46,111 nucleotides of DNA from Patescibacteria group bacterium. GTDB lineage: Bacteria > Patescibacteriota > Patescibacteriia > JAGVFQ01. Both the position numbers and the translations under genes were made by a program. The stretch is from the NCBI GenBank assembly GCA_020057505.1, contig JAGVFQ010000066.1, forward strand, positions 1 through 46,111, written 5' to 3'. The notes below the pieces were generated by a model. The model ran no database searches and was not told the DNA's origin. It saw nothing but the letters and a program-made list of their open reading frames with translations. Shown piece by piece: positions 26,406 through 36,138 of the stretch; the first letter of the stretch is position 1; each line of letters begins with the position of its first letter.

Positions 26406-27962
26406 ATGAAATTCCTCAAATCCCTCTTTTTTATCGTAATTTTAGGGGCAATCGGCGCGGCCGCCTATTTTTATCTGCCAATATTGCGACAGGATAGTTC
26501 TAATAGCAACACCAATATCAACATGCCTATCGGCGCTAATCTTGCCTATGTCGAGGGAATCGCTGAATATCGCGATCCCGCAGGCAGCTGGAAAGAAGCT
26601 AAGGCGGATCTGAATTTACTCCAAGGATCATCGCTTAAAATTACAGGTCCGGGCCGAGCCATTATCAATCTCGATGACGGTAGCGCTCTACGCATCGGCG
26701 CCGATTCATCAATGACGCTTGAAAAACTTGATCCCAATAATATTATCGTTGTTAACAATCGCGGCGAACTTTATTTAAGGATCGCAAAATCAAGCCGAAT
26801 ATTTGAAGTCAAATCCGACGGCATTACTTACGAATCAATGGGCACGGCTTATAAAACAATCAATAAAGACAAAACCCAGGGCGTGGAAGTCTATGAAAGC
26901 AAAGTAAAAATTATTGGCGCCGAAGACGCCGAAGTCATCGTTGATCAAGGGAAAAAATATTACTTAGCTAATGAAACCGATCAATCAAGCGTTAAAGTGA
27001 TAAAAGAACTTAAGCTGGAAGAAATCAAAAAAGATGAATTTGTTATGTGGAACAAAACCCAAGACGAGTCGCAAACTGAATTCAAAGACGAGATGGGCAT
27101 TCTCTCTGATCTCACCCCCCCTGAATTATCCATCACCTCTCCTGAAAATGGCGCGAAGACCAAAGAGTCAAGCATATTAATAGAAGGCAAGACTGACGCT
27201 GAAGCGAAAATTTTAATCAACAATGCGGAAGTCAAAAATGAAAGCGGCGTTTTTTCTTACAAAGCAAATTTAAACGCCGGTGAAAATAAAATAAAAATCT
27301 CAGTGGTTGATACTGCCGGAAATAAAACCGAAAAAGAACTGACTATTACCAAAGTTGTCATGGAGCCGGCTGTAACAAACAACACAAGCATCAAGCTCAG
27401 CGCCGTTGTCACCACGGGCGGCATTAAATTCAGCTGGACAGTCGGCGGAATCAATGTCGATCAGGGATTCAAACTCATAAAAAGCTTGGAAATTAATCCG
27501 GTCTATCCGGGCAATGATTATCAATACCTGACCGAAAGCGGCACGAGAAGCTATACTTGGAAAATAAGCGACGGCAAAACATATTATTTCCGAGTCTGCC
27601 AATATCTTGGCGGCAAATGCGGCGTTTACAGTAATAATGTCAAAATCAAAGCGCCATTGGCGGAAACTAATAATACTTCCGGTGTTGTTAAATCAATCAA
27701 TCTAAGCGCCATTAGCGGCGCCACAGTGAGCTGGACGCTAAACGGCTATTCCAGCCAAGGCTTCAAAGTCGTTTGGTCAGAAACTTCCGGGCCAACTTAT
27801 CCCACGAGATCCGCTGATCAATATAATTATTACAGCGACCCCGGCCAGAGAACGAGCACACTCCAAGCCTTCAACGGTTCCGGCCTCTATTACGTCCGCG
27901 TTTGCGAATATCTCGGCGGCTCCTGCGGCGTTTATTCGAACCAAATCCAAATCAATCTCTAA
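26406..27962 (+). CDS. membrane-anchored FecR-domain protein with Ig-like and two Cys-containing repeat domains
   Basis: RAIINLDDGSALRIGADS, GT, VEVYESKV (FecR); PPELSITSP...DTAGN (Ig); 2x YY.RVC.YLGG.CGVYSN. Confidence 0.75.
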   Translation: MKFLKSLFFIVILGAIGAAAYFYLPILRQDSSNSNTNINMPIGANLAYVEGIAEYRDPAGSWKEAKADLNLLQGSSLKITGPGRAIINLDDGSALRIGADSSMTLEKLDPNNIIVVNNRGELYLRIAKSSRIFEVKSDGITYESMGTAYKTINKDKTQGVEVYESKVKIIGAEDAEVIVDQGKKYYLANETDQSSVKVIKELKLEEIKKDEFVMWNKTQDESQTEFKDEMGILSDLTPPELSITSPENGAKTKESSILIEGKTDAEAKILINNAEVKNESGVFSYKANLNAGENKIKISVVDTAGNKTEKELTITKVVMEPAVTNNTSIKLSAVVTTGGIKFSWTVGGINVDQGFKLIKSLEINPVYPGNDYQYLTESGTRSYTWKISDGKTYYFRVCQYLGGKCGVYSNNVKIKAPLAETNNTSGVVKSINLSAISGATVSWTLNGYSSQGFKVVWSETSGPTYPTRSADQYNYYSDPGQRTSTLQAFNGSGLYYVRVCEYLGGSCGVYSNQIQINL

Positions 27963-27967
27963 AATAG

Positions 27968-28006
27968 AATCAAAAAACTGTCTTGCAAAGAGACAGTTTT
28001 TTGATT
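27968..28006. terminator. bidirectional intrinsic terminator
   Basis: aatcaaaaaactgtct-7 nt-agacagttttttgatt between convergent genes. Confidence 0.85.
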
Positions 28007-28119
28007 TAAAATTGATAGCACAATAGGGGTTTGGGGGCGTAAATTGCGCCTAATCCGCGTTAAGTCTGCATAAGCCTTCTTTTAGATATTTAAAATTAAA
28101 CAAACTTAAAGGCATAAAA

Positions 28120-29187
28120 CTACCACTTAACTATCTTTTTTATTAAGAGCCAATACAAATTAAAAATCGGATTAACAAAATATTTCAAGATGGGGTTGTT
28201 AATCTCTTGAAATTCAATCTTGCCTGTAAACAGCCGAACTACTTCGTGATCTTTTGCTTTCCTGATTTTAATAATCTGAAAACGCCTTTTAACCAAATAG
28301 GGCCAGTGCCAAGGATTAATAATCCAGAAATAACATTTAATTTTTTCTCCCCAGAAACCGTTTATAAAAGAAAAAACGAATAAGCCCGCTTCCATAATCA
28401 AAAAAGCCGGCAAGATCAAAATTAAAGTCGCGATTTTGTAATTCGTAAGAAGGCAGATAAAACGATTGCGCTCCATCCAATAATACTTCTTTATGCTTTT
28501 GGAAAAACTGTACTTATGATAAATTACAGAACCAGCCGCCAAAACCGATTTATAGCCAGCAAGCCTCAACCGCCACCCCAAATCCAAATCTTCGTGATAC
28601 ATATAAAATTTATCGTCGAACAGACCGATTTCTTTCAAAGCGCTAATCTGCCACAAGCTCGCCGCTCCCGATGTATAGGCAATTTCCTTATTCATCCCAA
28701 ACTGATGACTAGTGACTAATGACTGATGACCACCTGCGTATCCAAACCCCAAAAAATGCAAATTATTACCCAAGGAATTAACCTTATCCTTCTCGGGCCA
28801 CAGCATCAAGAGCGACTGCGCCGCGCCAACTTGATTATCACTATCTAAGGCTTTAGTCGCTTCAATCAAAAAATCAGGGTCAACAATCGTGTCCTGATTC
28901 AAAAGATAAATGTAATCGAAATCTCTATCTAGCGCCCATTTAATCCCGATATTATTTCCGGCGGCAAAACCAAGGTTCTTTTTATTCAAAATAATCTCAT
29001 ATCGCTCCGGATTTTTTTTAGTATATCTTTTTATTAAATCCAACGAATGATCAACCGAAGCATTATCAACTAAAATAATTTTTAATAAATCTCGCGGGTA
29101 ATTAATTCTGTCCAAACTATTAAAACAATCTCGCAAATATGCTTCACCGTTATAAATAACAATTATGATCGCTATCTTCTTTTTCAT
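28120..29187 (-). CDS. glycosyltransferase family 2 (WbbL/rhamnosyltransferase-like)
   Basis: VDNASVD, NLGFAAGNN, LLNQD, GLFDDKFYMYHEDLD. Confidence 0.9.
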   Translation of the reverse strand: MKKKIAIIIVIYNGEAYLRDCFNSLDRINYPRDLLKIILVDNASVDHSLDLIKRYTKKNPERYEIILNKKNLGFAAGNNIGIKWALDRDFDYIYLLNQDTIVDPDFLIEATKALDSDNQVGAAQSLLMLWPEKDKVNSLGNNLHFLGFGYAGGHQSLVTSHQFGMNKEIAYTSGAASLWQISALKEIGLFDDKFYMYHEDLDLGWRLRLAGYKSVLAAGSVIYHKYSFSKSIKKYYWMERNRFICLLTNYKIATLILILPAFLIMEAGLFVFSFINGFWGEKIKCYFWIINPWHWPYLVKRRFQIIKIRKAKDHEVVRLFTGKIEFQEINNPILKYFVNPIFNLYWLLIKKIVKW

Positions 29188-29219
29188 AGCAAATTAACCT
29201 TTTATCAATACGCAATAAA

Positions 29220-30239
29220 TTACTCTTCGCTCCTCACGCCAACCAACACTTTGTGCGCCTTGGCATAATTAATAGTCTTTTTCAGCCCGGTCTCAAGCGT
29301 TGTAATGGGTAGCCAATCAAGTTTTTCTTTGGCCAAACCGATATCCGGCAAACCAAGCTGACTCATAAAAAGCAATGCTGGTTCAAAGACAATCTTTGAT
29401 TTCGATCCGGTCATTTCTATAATCTTTTTGGCAACATCAACCAGGGAATAATCATCCGGACTGCCGAGATTAATCGGCTCCTTTTCACTCGATGCCATCG
29501 CCTTAATACAACCCTCAACTAAATCTTCAACATAGCAGAGTGAAGTGGAGAATTTTTCATCGCCGTAAATTATCAAATCTTTATTATCAAGCGCTTGCAC
29601 TACAAAATCCGGCACCATTTCTCCTGCAAAAAGCCTGACCCTGGGCCCGTAAGTGCGGAAAATTCTGACAATTTTTATATCAATATTATAAACATCGCGA
29701 TAAGTCACGGCAAGGCTTTCGGCAAATCTTTTTCCTTCATCATAACAACTTCGAGGCGAAACCGGATCAACCGGCTGATAATCATTTTCTTTGAAATATT
29801 TTTTTTCCGCCGTGCGAGAGCCATAAACAGTAGAAGTCGAAGCCTGCAAAAATTTCGCTTTATATTTTACCGCCATTTCAAGCATATTGGCCGTACCGAC
29901 GGAATTGGCGAGAGCCGTCTCGATTCTATACTTATCAAAATCTTTAGGCGACATCGGGCAAGCAAAATTGTATATTTCCTGGATACCCTGAATATTGATT
30001 TTAAATTTTTCCAATTCGGGATAATTTTCCAGGTCCAAAGGCTCGGAAATATCATGTTTGATAAAAACAAAATTAGAATTACGCAATAATTGTTCAATAT
30101 TATTTTGGTTGCCGGAAACAAAATTATCCACGCAGATAACGTTATTTTCTTTTACTAGCCGATCGCAAAGAAAAGAGCCGATAAAACCCGCACCGCCGGT
30201 GACTAATATGTTTTTCCTGCCCAAAATGAATGTTGGCAT
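29220..30239 (-). CDS. UDP-glucuronate decarboxylase-like extended SDR
   Basis: TGGAGFIG, ACPMSP, RSCYDEGKR, RIFRTYGP; ATG 30239 preferred. Confidence 0.85.
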   Translation of the reverse strand: MPTFILGRKNILVTGGAGFIGSFLCDRLVKENNVICVDNFVSGNQNNIEQLLRNSNFVFIKHDISEPLDLENYPELEKFKINIQGIQEIYNFACPMSPKDFDKYRIETALANSVGTANMLEMAVKYKAKFLQASTSTVYGSRTAEKKYFKENDYQPVDPVSPRSCYDEGKRFAESLAVTYRDVYNIDIKIVRIFRTYGPRVRLFAGEMVPDFVVQALDNKDLIIYGDEKFSTSLCYVEDLVEGCIKAMASSEKEPINLGSPDDYSLVDVAKKIIEMTGSKSKIVFEPALLFMSQLGLPDIGLAKEKLDWLPITTLETGLKKTINYAKAHKVLVGVRSEE

Positions 30240-30259
30240 ATTGTTAAAAATTGAATTTA

Positions 30260-30697
30260 TTACTCTATTATTATACCTTTTCCCGGCCGAAACGTCCATA
30301 ATTTATTCAGGCCGAAATTCCAAAACAAAACTATGCCAATAGCCAAGGCCTTGGCTAAAAGGTCACTTAAGTGGAAATATACCACCAAAAAATAGAGTAG
30401 CGATGTATTGATGCCCAACCCGATAACATTGATAATAAAAAACTTAAAATACTGACTTTTAATTTTATTGACCTGGTTCCTAAATGTCCAATATTTATTA
30501 AGAATAAAACTAAAACTAACTGCCACTAAAAAAGAAAAGATATTGGCGGCAATAAAATAAACCAAAAATATCCTAGTTAAAAAAAGATAAACCGAAAAAT
30601 CAACCAGAGTATTAAAAAATCCCACCAGACAAAATTTTGCAAACTGCTTCAAAATCGGATATTTTAAAATATATCGATGATTTTTAATTTTATTCAT
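30260..30697 (-). CDS. GtrA-family protein
   Basis: QFAKFCLVG, FILNKYWTF, WNFGLNKLWTF; ATG 30697 overlaps the upstream stop. Confidence 0.9.
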   Translation of the reverse strand: MNKIKNHRYILKYPILKQFAKFCLVGFFNTLVDFSVYLFLTRIFLVYFIAANIFSFLVAVSFSFILNKYWTFRNQVNKIKSQYFKFFIINVIGLGINTSLLYFLVVYFHLSDLLAKALAIGIVLFWNFGLNKLWTFRPGKGIIIE

Positions 30698-30941
30698 TAT
30701 CCTTGTTAGGATTCTCATTTGGATAACAACAAAGTACATTATCTAAATATTCAATTCCGCAAAAATATTGACATATGGAAATATTTTTTATGGCACATTT
30801 GTGATTATTGTTTTTATCGACTTCATTCCAAGGACATTTATCTTGCTTCCAAGAAATATCACTTTCATTGGTAGATAGATCTATATCCATATTTGCTCCA
30901 ACTAATTTTTTGATTATTCCTTCTTTCATATAGTCAAACAT
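30690..30941 (-). CDS. small Cys-rich hypothetical protein
   Basis: CPWN...HKCA...ICQYFCG...CCY; in operon orientation. Confidence 0.6.
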   Translation of the reverse strand: MFDYMKEGIIKKLVGANMDIDLSTNESDISWKQDKCPWNEVDKNNNHKCAIKNISICQYFCGIEYLDNVLCCYPNENPNKDNE

Positions 30942-30994
30942 TAAATTTTTTCTTAAAATCTATAAACTAATAGCTAAAACCTAATACCTAAAAA

Positions 30995-33250
30995 CTACTT
31001 AACCACTGCCGTATTAAGACCGCCGCGGAAATCACGGTTGTAGGCGTAGAATTGATACCTGACTTGGCCTTTGGCATCAAATATTCGGACGTGCGGTTCG
31101 CCGCCCTTGCCGGCGCCAGCGATAATCTCGTCATATCCGTCGTTATCCACGTCGCCCGAAGCGACACTTACCCCGCCCTTGAAATTTTTATCAAAAGCCA
31201 AAAACTGCAGACGCGTCCTGCCTAAATTATCCAAAATTTTCACCTGCGGCCCGCCGCCGAAAACCGGAGCCACTACAATTTCTTTAATTCCGTCATTATT
31301 AAGGTCGGAGGTAGCCAAGTTAACGCCACCGCGAAAATCACGACTGAAAGCAAAAAACTGTTCTTTCATCACACCATTATTATCGAACAATCGGACAAAA
31401 GGATAATTGTCTTTCGCCGGGGAAGCAATAATCTCTTCCCGCCCGTCATTATCTACGTCTCCCGCGGCCAAATTTACTCCACCCCTGAATTTATCGCTGA
31501 AAGCAAAAAACTGCAGTCGCAATCTACCCGTGCCGTCAAAAACTTTTATTTGCGGACCACCGGCCGATGCGGGCGTAACCAAAATTTCTTTAATCCCGTC
31601 GCTGTTTAGATCGGCGGTAGCAATATTAATCCCACCCTTGAAATTTTTGTCAAAAGCTAAAAATTGTTTTTTTAAATTTCCTCGTCGGTCAAATATTTTT
31701 ATTTCCGGTATTCCGCCCGCCAGTTGGCCGGTAATTATTTCCATTTTGCCATCGCCATCCACGTCTCCTGACGCCAGAGACACGCCGCCTTTGAAACTGG
31801 AATCATAAGCCAAGAATTGATAACGGATTAATTTGTTAATCGAATCAATGGAATTAACTTCAGGAATAAAGTTGGAACGCGGGCTGACAACCAATCGGGC
31901 GAGCGCGCCCGGACTTGTATCTACGGCCTTGCCGGCGACAGAAAGAAGCGCTTTATTGGCGTTAACTAAACCTCTTCCGAGCTTGCCCAAAAAATCATTG
32001 TTTAATGAATCAATTTCATCAGCGCTATTGAGCAAATGATTGATAATTTCATTATTGGTTAAGCTTTGATTTTTTGATTTAATTAAAGCCGCCACGCCGG
32101 AAACCAAAGCCGCGGAAAGAGAGGTGCCTGACCAATAGCCGCCATAAGGATACGTAAAATCTTTACCTGAAATATTATAAGCTTCCGTGCCGTAAAATCC
32201 GATACCCGGAGCCGAAAGATCAACGCAATCATGGCCATAATTAGAAAAAGAAGTCTTTCGCTTATCATAATCAACCGAGGCTACGCCGATTACCCAATTT
32301 TCTCCTTGCAGACCGCCATAGCAAATCGGATACATTTTTTCCTTATCCAAATCGATCGCACCCTTCGGATTACTGTCATTTCCCGCCGAAGCCACGATAA
32401 TTAATCCCGCTTCGTAAGCGCGTCGGATAGCTTCAGACATTGTTTTGCTGTAATTATCACCAACAAAACTCAAATTGATTATATTTGCTCCATTTTTAAC
32501 TGCATAATCAATAGCTTTGGCCACGGCAAAAGCATCACCAACTCCAGCGCTATCAAGAACTCGTAGCGGCATAATTTTGCTTCGCCAGCTTATCCCGGCA
32601 ACGCCTTCTCCGTTATTGCCGCGGGCGGCAATCAAACCGGCGATAATCGTGCCGTGGTTTACTCCGGCGCGGCTGCAAGTCTTTTTCTCGATACAGCCAT
32701 CTTCAAAATCCGGCCGAGGATCATTATTATTCAAAACAAGATCCCAGCCATTAATATCATCCACATAACCGTTCTTGTCATTATCAATACCATCTCCGAT
32801 TATTTCTTTCTTATTTTGCCAAATATTTTCTTTCAAATCAGCATGATCAATATCGACTCCTGAATCCAAAACGGCAATCACAACATCTTCACTGCCGGTA
32901 GTTTGGTCCCAAGCCCGAGGCACATCCATTTGATCCAAATATTTTTGCTCAAAATAAAACGGATCGTTTGGCGCCAAAATCGCCGCTTCATACAAATAAT
33001 TTGGCTCGGCGTATTCAACCAAAGGATTATTCTGATAGAAATTCAATAATTCTCCTAAATTATTATCAGTTTTAATTTTATAAATTTTGCCGTTGTTTTT
33101 CATTTTCACTAAAATTTCGCTGACGTCAGATTCATTTTTTGACACCGCTTTATCAGAACCGAAAATAGGCCCTAGGGGATAAAATAAGGCTAAAATTAAA
33201 ACTAAATTTAGCCCAACTAAAGCAAATTTTCTTGATTGAAAGACTGTCAT
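30995..33250 (-). CDS. S8 subtilisin-like protease with FG-GAP/VCBS-like repeats
   Basis: VLDSG (D), HGT (H), SGTS (S), SAGN; repeated GG(V/I).(L/I/V)A..D(V/L)(D/N).DG..EI units. Confidence 0.93.
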   Translation of the reverse strand: MTVFQSRKFALVGLNLVLILALFYPLGPIFGSDKAVSKNESDVSEILVKMKNNGKIYKIKTDNNLGELLNFYQNNPLVEYAEPNYLYEAAILAPNDPFYFEQKYLDQMDVPRAWDQTTGSEDVVIAVLDSGVDIDHADLKENIWQNKKEIIGDGIDNDKNGYVDDINGWDLVLNNNDPRPDFEDGCIEKKTCSRAGVNHGTIIAGLIAARGNNGEGVAGISWRSKIMPLRVLDSAGVGDAFAVAKAIDYAVKNGANIINLSFVGDNYSKTMSEAIRRAYEAGLIIVASAGNDSNPKGAIDLDKEKMYPICYGGLQGENWVIGVASVDYDKRKTSFSNYGHDCVDLSAPGIGFYGTEAYNISGKDFTYPYGGYWSGTSLSAALVSGVAALIKSKNQSLTNNEIINHLLNSADEIDSLNNDFLGKLGRGLVNANKALLSVAGKAVDTSPGALARLVVSPRSNFIPEVNSIDSINKLIRYQFLAYDSSFKGGVSLASGDVDGDGKMEIITGQLAGGIPEIKIFDRRGNLKKQFLAFDKNFKGGINIATADLNSDGIKEILVTPASAGGPQIKVFDGTGRLRLQFFAFSDKFRGGVNLAAGDVDNDGREEIIASPAKDNYPFVRLFDNNGVMKEQFFAFSRDFRGGVNLATSDLNNDGIKEIVVAPVFGGGPQVKILDNLGRTRLQFLAFDKNFKGGVSVASGDVDNDGYDEIIAGAGKGGEPHVRIFDAKGQVRYQFYAYNRDFRGGLNTAVVK

Positions 33251-33305
33251 AATCACCTTAATAATAGCTAAATTCAATCTTCCAGTCAATCCAACATCAT
33301 ACTAA

Positions 33306-33340
33306 AATGTAGGGATAGAATATTATTCTGTCCCTACATT
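33306..33340. repeat. GTAG-type REP-like palindrome
   Basis: aatgtagggatagaa...ttctgtccctacatt. Confidence 0.65.
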
Positions 33341-33359
33341 ATTACAAAAATTTTTTCTT

Positions 33360-35012
33360 CTAATTTCCTAATCCTTTGTCAACGTTAATATTTGTCGCCG
33401 CGAATTTAATCACGCTTGGAAAAAATTCCGTTGTCGCGACAATCGGATCGCCAATTTTATAATTCGTGAAAAACGCATCTGATATGTCTTCAACGAGCTG
33501 GCTCCAATTATTGCCATAAATAGCTCTGGCAATATCTTCGCTCTGTACCCAGCGCAAAGTACCATTCGCCGCAACGGCGTAAACCTTGGGGTCAGTGGTA
33601 ATCTTTACCATTTTGACGCCGGGTTTGTAGGTAACATTGCCGCCGATTGTGATGGCAGCTAATTCAGCGTCGGTAATTGTTTTAACCGTGCTGAAATCAG
33701 CATACCAGGTCTTGTAGGTCTTTTCGTTCGGGAAAACATATCTCTTGCCATCAGCGCCATAGTAGTAGACGGCTGCTGTGCTCGCCTTGATCAGATCTCC
33801 GGCAGCGATAGCAACTGTTGTAAATTGAATAGTAATCGTTTTATCAATCACTGTTCCATCCACGGTTAGACTAAAAATGGCAGAACCGACGATTTTTGAT
33901 TTCACTTCAAAACTCGCGTGGCCATTGACATCAGTAGTGGCGGAGATTGTTTTAATATCATCTTGATCGCCCCTATTTGATACCAAGCCGACAATTTTAC
34001 CGGCCAGCGGATTATTGCTCGCATTTTTTACCGTCGCCGTAATGACTGTTTTAGTTAAGCCATCAGCCGGCAAAATATTTTCTGGAGCAATAAGCGAAGT
34101 GGTGGTTGAAGCTACGGAATTAGCCGCGCCGGTATTCACTGTAACTGTTATTCCGCTCCCGACTGTTTCTTTATTACCTGTCCAATCTGTTCCTTGGGTT
34201 TTAATAATATATGTGCCATCAGCCGGAATCACCCAATTATATTCCCAAGTGGAAAAATTGCTGCCGATCGCCGTGACATCTGACCAGGGACCGCTGTTAA
34301 AAGAAATTTGCAATAATGCCGGAGTAGATCCAGCCTGATCTCGCGCCGTTCCTTTAATGGTATAAGTATTGGCGGTAATCACGATGCCATTAGCCGGATT
34401 AGTAATCACAGTTTTAGGCCCGACAATATCAGCGTTATAAACACGGATAGTTGAGATTGAAGGATTCACAATATTTATAGCAGGACCCTGCACGCCATCC
34501 ATAAAAATTCCCTGATCGCCAATCTGAAATTGCCCTGTTGCGCCGTTATCAACCAAAGCCGGAATCTCCATTTGCACCAAAGCGTTAGCGCTGATGGTCG
34601 TGGGCGTTTCAATGCTTACAAAAGTTCTCAAACCTTGAGATGGAACAAATTTATTTAAACCGGACAAATACCAACCGTTATAAGTATCAGTCCAAGTGGC
34701 TTCGCCCAATTTTTCGTCAATATCCATTCCTTGAAAACCAGTCTGGCCGACATCCGCCCAAACTACGACCTTGCTGATGCTATTAATATTGGCTGAACCG
34801 GTATTTTGAAAAGTTATCGCTCGCAAAGTATCAGCCAGCAAATCACTTCTGGAAATAGTAACATCCATAACTAACTGGTCGAATTCCGAGCGATAAATGT
34901 CAATCGCCGGAGCGCTATTGTTAGTAACTGTCATTGTGCCCACGGCGCTGGCTGGCTTTAAACCAGCTAAAGCCAAACTCAAAACAAAAATTGCTAAAAT
35001 TGTTTTGCGCAT
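33360..35012 (-). CDS. secreted Ig-like (Big_1-type) surface protein with C-terminal shared domain
   Basis: Signal peptide (ASA), LPADG...ATVKNASNNPLAG, C-terminal GDLIKAS...VYYYGADGKRYVFP. Confidence 0.8.
   Translation of the reverse strand: MRKTILAIFVLSLALAGLKPASAVGTMTVTNNSAPAIDIYRSEFDQLVMDVTISRSDLLADTLRAITFQNTGSANINSISKVVVWADVGQTGFQGMDIDEKLGEATWTDTYNGWYLSGLNKFVPSQGLRTFVSIETPTTISANALVQMEIPALVDNGATGQFQIGDQGIFMDGVQGPAINIVNPSISTIRVYNADIVGPKTVITNPANGIVITANTYTIKGTARDQAGSTPALLQISFNSGPWSDVTAIGSNFSTWEYNWVIPADGTYIIKTQGTDWTGNKETVGSGITVTVNTGAANSVASTTTSLIAPENILPADGLTKTVITATVKNASNNPLAGKIVGLVSNRGDQDDIKTISATTDVNGHASFEVKSKIVGSAIFSLTVDGTVIDKTITIQFTTVAIAAGDLIKASTAAVYYYGADGKRYVFPNEKTYKTWYADFSTVKTITDAELAAITIGGNVTYKPGVKMVKITTDPKVYAVAANGTLRWVQSEDIARAIYGNNWSQLVEDISDAFFTNYKIGDPIVATTEFFPSVIKFAATNINVDKGLGN
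33536..33802. repeat. 267-bp coding repeat, copy 1
   Basis: 11 mismatches versus 39486..39752 (manual count). Confidence 0.95.
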
Positions 35013-35040
35013 AAAATTTTATTAATTATAAATTAATTTT

Positions 35041-35712
35041 TTAATTGCCACTTTTTAATCTCTCTAGCGTGTTTTTTGCCGTTTCATTAGTGGGATCAAG
35101 CACAACTAATTTTTCGAAATATTCAATAGCTTTATCTTTGGGACCAAAATCTTCGTAATAAACCGCAAGCTGACCGACGAATTCCGCGTCAACACCCATG
35201 CCTTCGTTATTTTTTAAACCTAATTCTAAAATTTTTGGTATATCGGTTCTTTTCTCCTGAAGATTGTAACGATAAAGACCGGCCAGATTGCGATAAGCAT
35301 TAGTCCATTTTGGATTAGTATCTATGACTTTTAAATAATTTTCCTCAGCTTCTGTATATTGTTTATTGCGCACATACAATTCTGCCGCATTCATCAAAAG
35401 CAAGGTGTCAGTCGGCCTTATTTCAATCGCGGCATTATAAATTTTAATCGCGTCTTCATATTGACCCTTGTCTCGTTTATAAGAAGCAACAGTTAAATAT
35501 GAATTAATATCCGTCGGATTATTGTTGATATTGTCGACGGCTTGTTTTACATTTTCCGGCAATTCCTCTTTCAGCGGAAAAATTTGGCTGATAATACTTT
35601 TGACGTTAACGAGCTTCCCCTGCCACAGCCAAACCTTAACGGCCAAAAGACCGCCCGCCAAAATTATAATTAAAACAATGATAAGAATAATTTTTTTGTT
35701 TTTTGTGAGCAT
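35041..35712 (-). CDS. membrane-anchored TPR protein
   Basis: N-terminal TM; YEDAIKIYNAAIEIRP, AIEYFEKLVVLDP. Confidence 0.88.
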   Translation of the reverse strand: MLTKNKKIILIIVLIIILAGGLLAVKVWLWQGKLVNVKSIISQIFPLKEELPENVKQAVDNINNNPTDINSYLTVASYKRDKGQYEDAIKIYNAAIEIRPTDTLLLMNAAELYVRNKQYTEAEENYLKVIDTNPKWTNAYRNLAGLYRYNLQEKRTDIPKILELGLKNNEGMGVDAEFVGQLAVYYEDFGPKDKAIEYFEKLVVLDPTNETAKNTLERLKSGN

Positions 35713-35915
35713 AATATTAAATTATAAATATTTTAATTGAATTAATAACGCCCTATATCAAGGCACGTAAACAGCCACTCTTCATCTCTTATTTTAACGT
35801 ATTTTTTGACGATTGAAAAGGGATAATAAAAACTCGCTTAATTTTTTGCAAATCCCATGCTTTAACGGATTATTATGAATATAGTTGAAATATTTCTAAA
35901 AGTCAATAAAACCAA

Positions 35916-35947
35916 AACCCCCCTCCGATGGCCATCGGAGGGGGGTT
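35916..35947 (-). terminator. strong terminator after the large surface protein gene
   Basis: Perfect palindrome aacccccctccgatggccatcggaggggggtt with T-rich flank on the minus strand. Confidence 0.8.
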
Positions 35948-35952
35948 GGTTT

Positions 35953-36138
35953 AGTTAGGAAAATATATTTTTATATATTCCCTAACTGTTAGCAGTTTTG
36001 AAGGTTGCTGCTAAACCTATAGATTCTATTCTCCGAGCTTCCTTGGTCACTATAGCTTTACGCCGCAGTGGCAAGATCAAAGGAGAACTTGTTCTCCGAA
36101 GCTCCAGCCCCGCGAATGCGGGGCGGAGCGAAGGAGAA
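35953..36138. other. four back-to-back hairpins in the 3' UTR
   Basis: 35953..35987, 35989..36014, 36029..36087, 36092..36138. Confidence 0.65.

Noticed and set aside
35745-35790. Riboswitch upstream of the TPR gene
   Set aside because: Only a small hairpin (gccttgatatagggc); no match to an aptamer consensus I can recognise.
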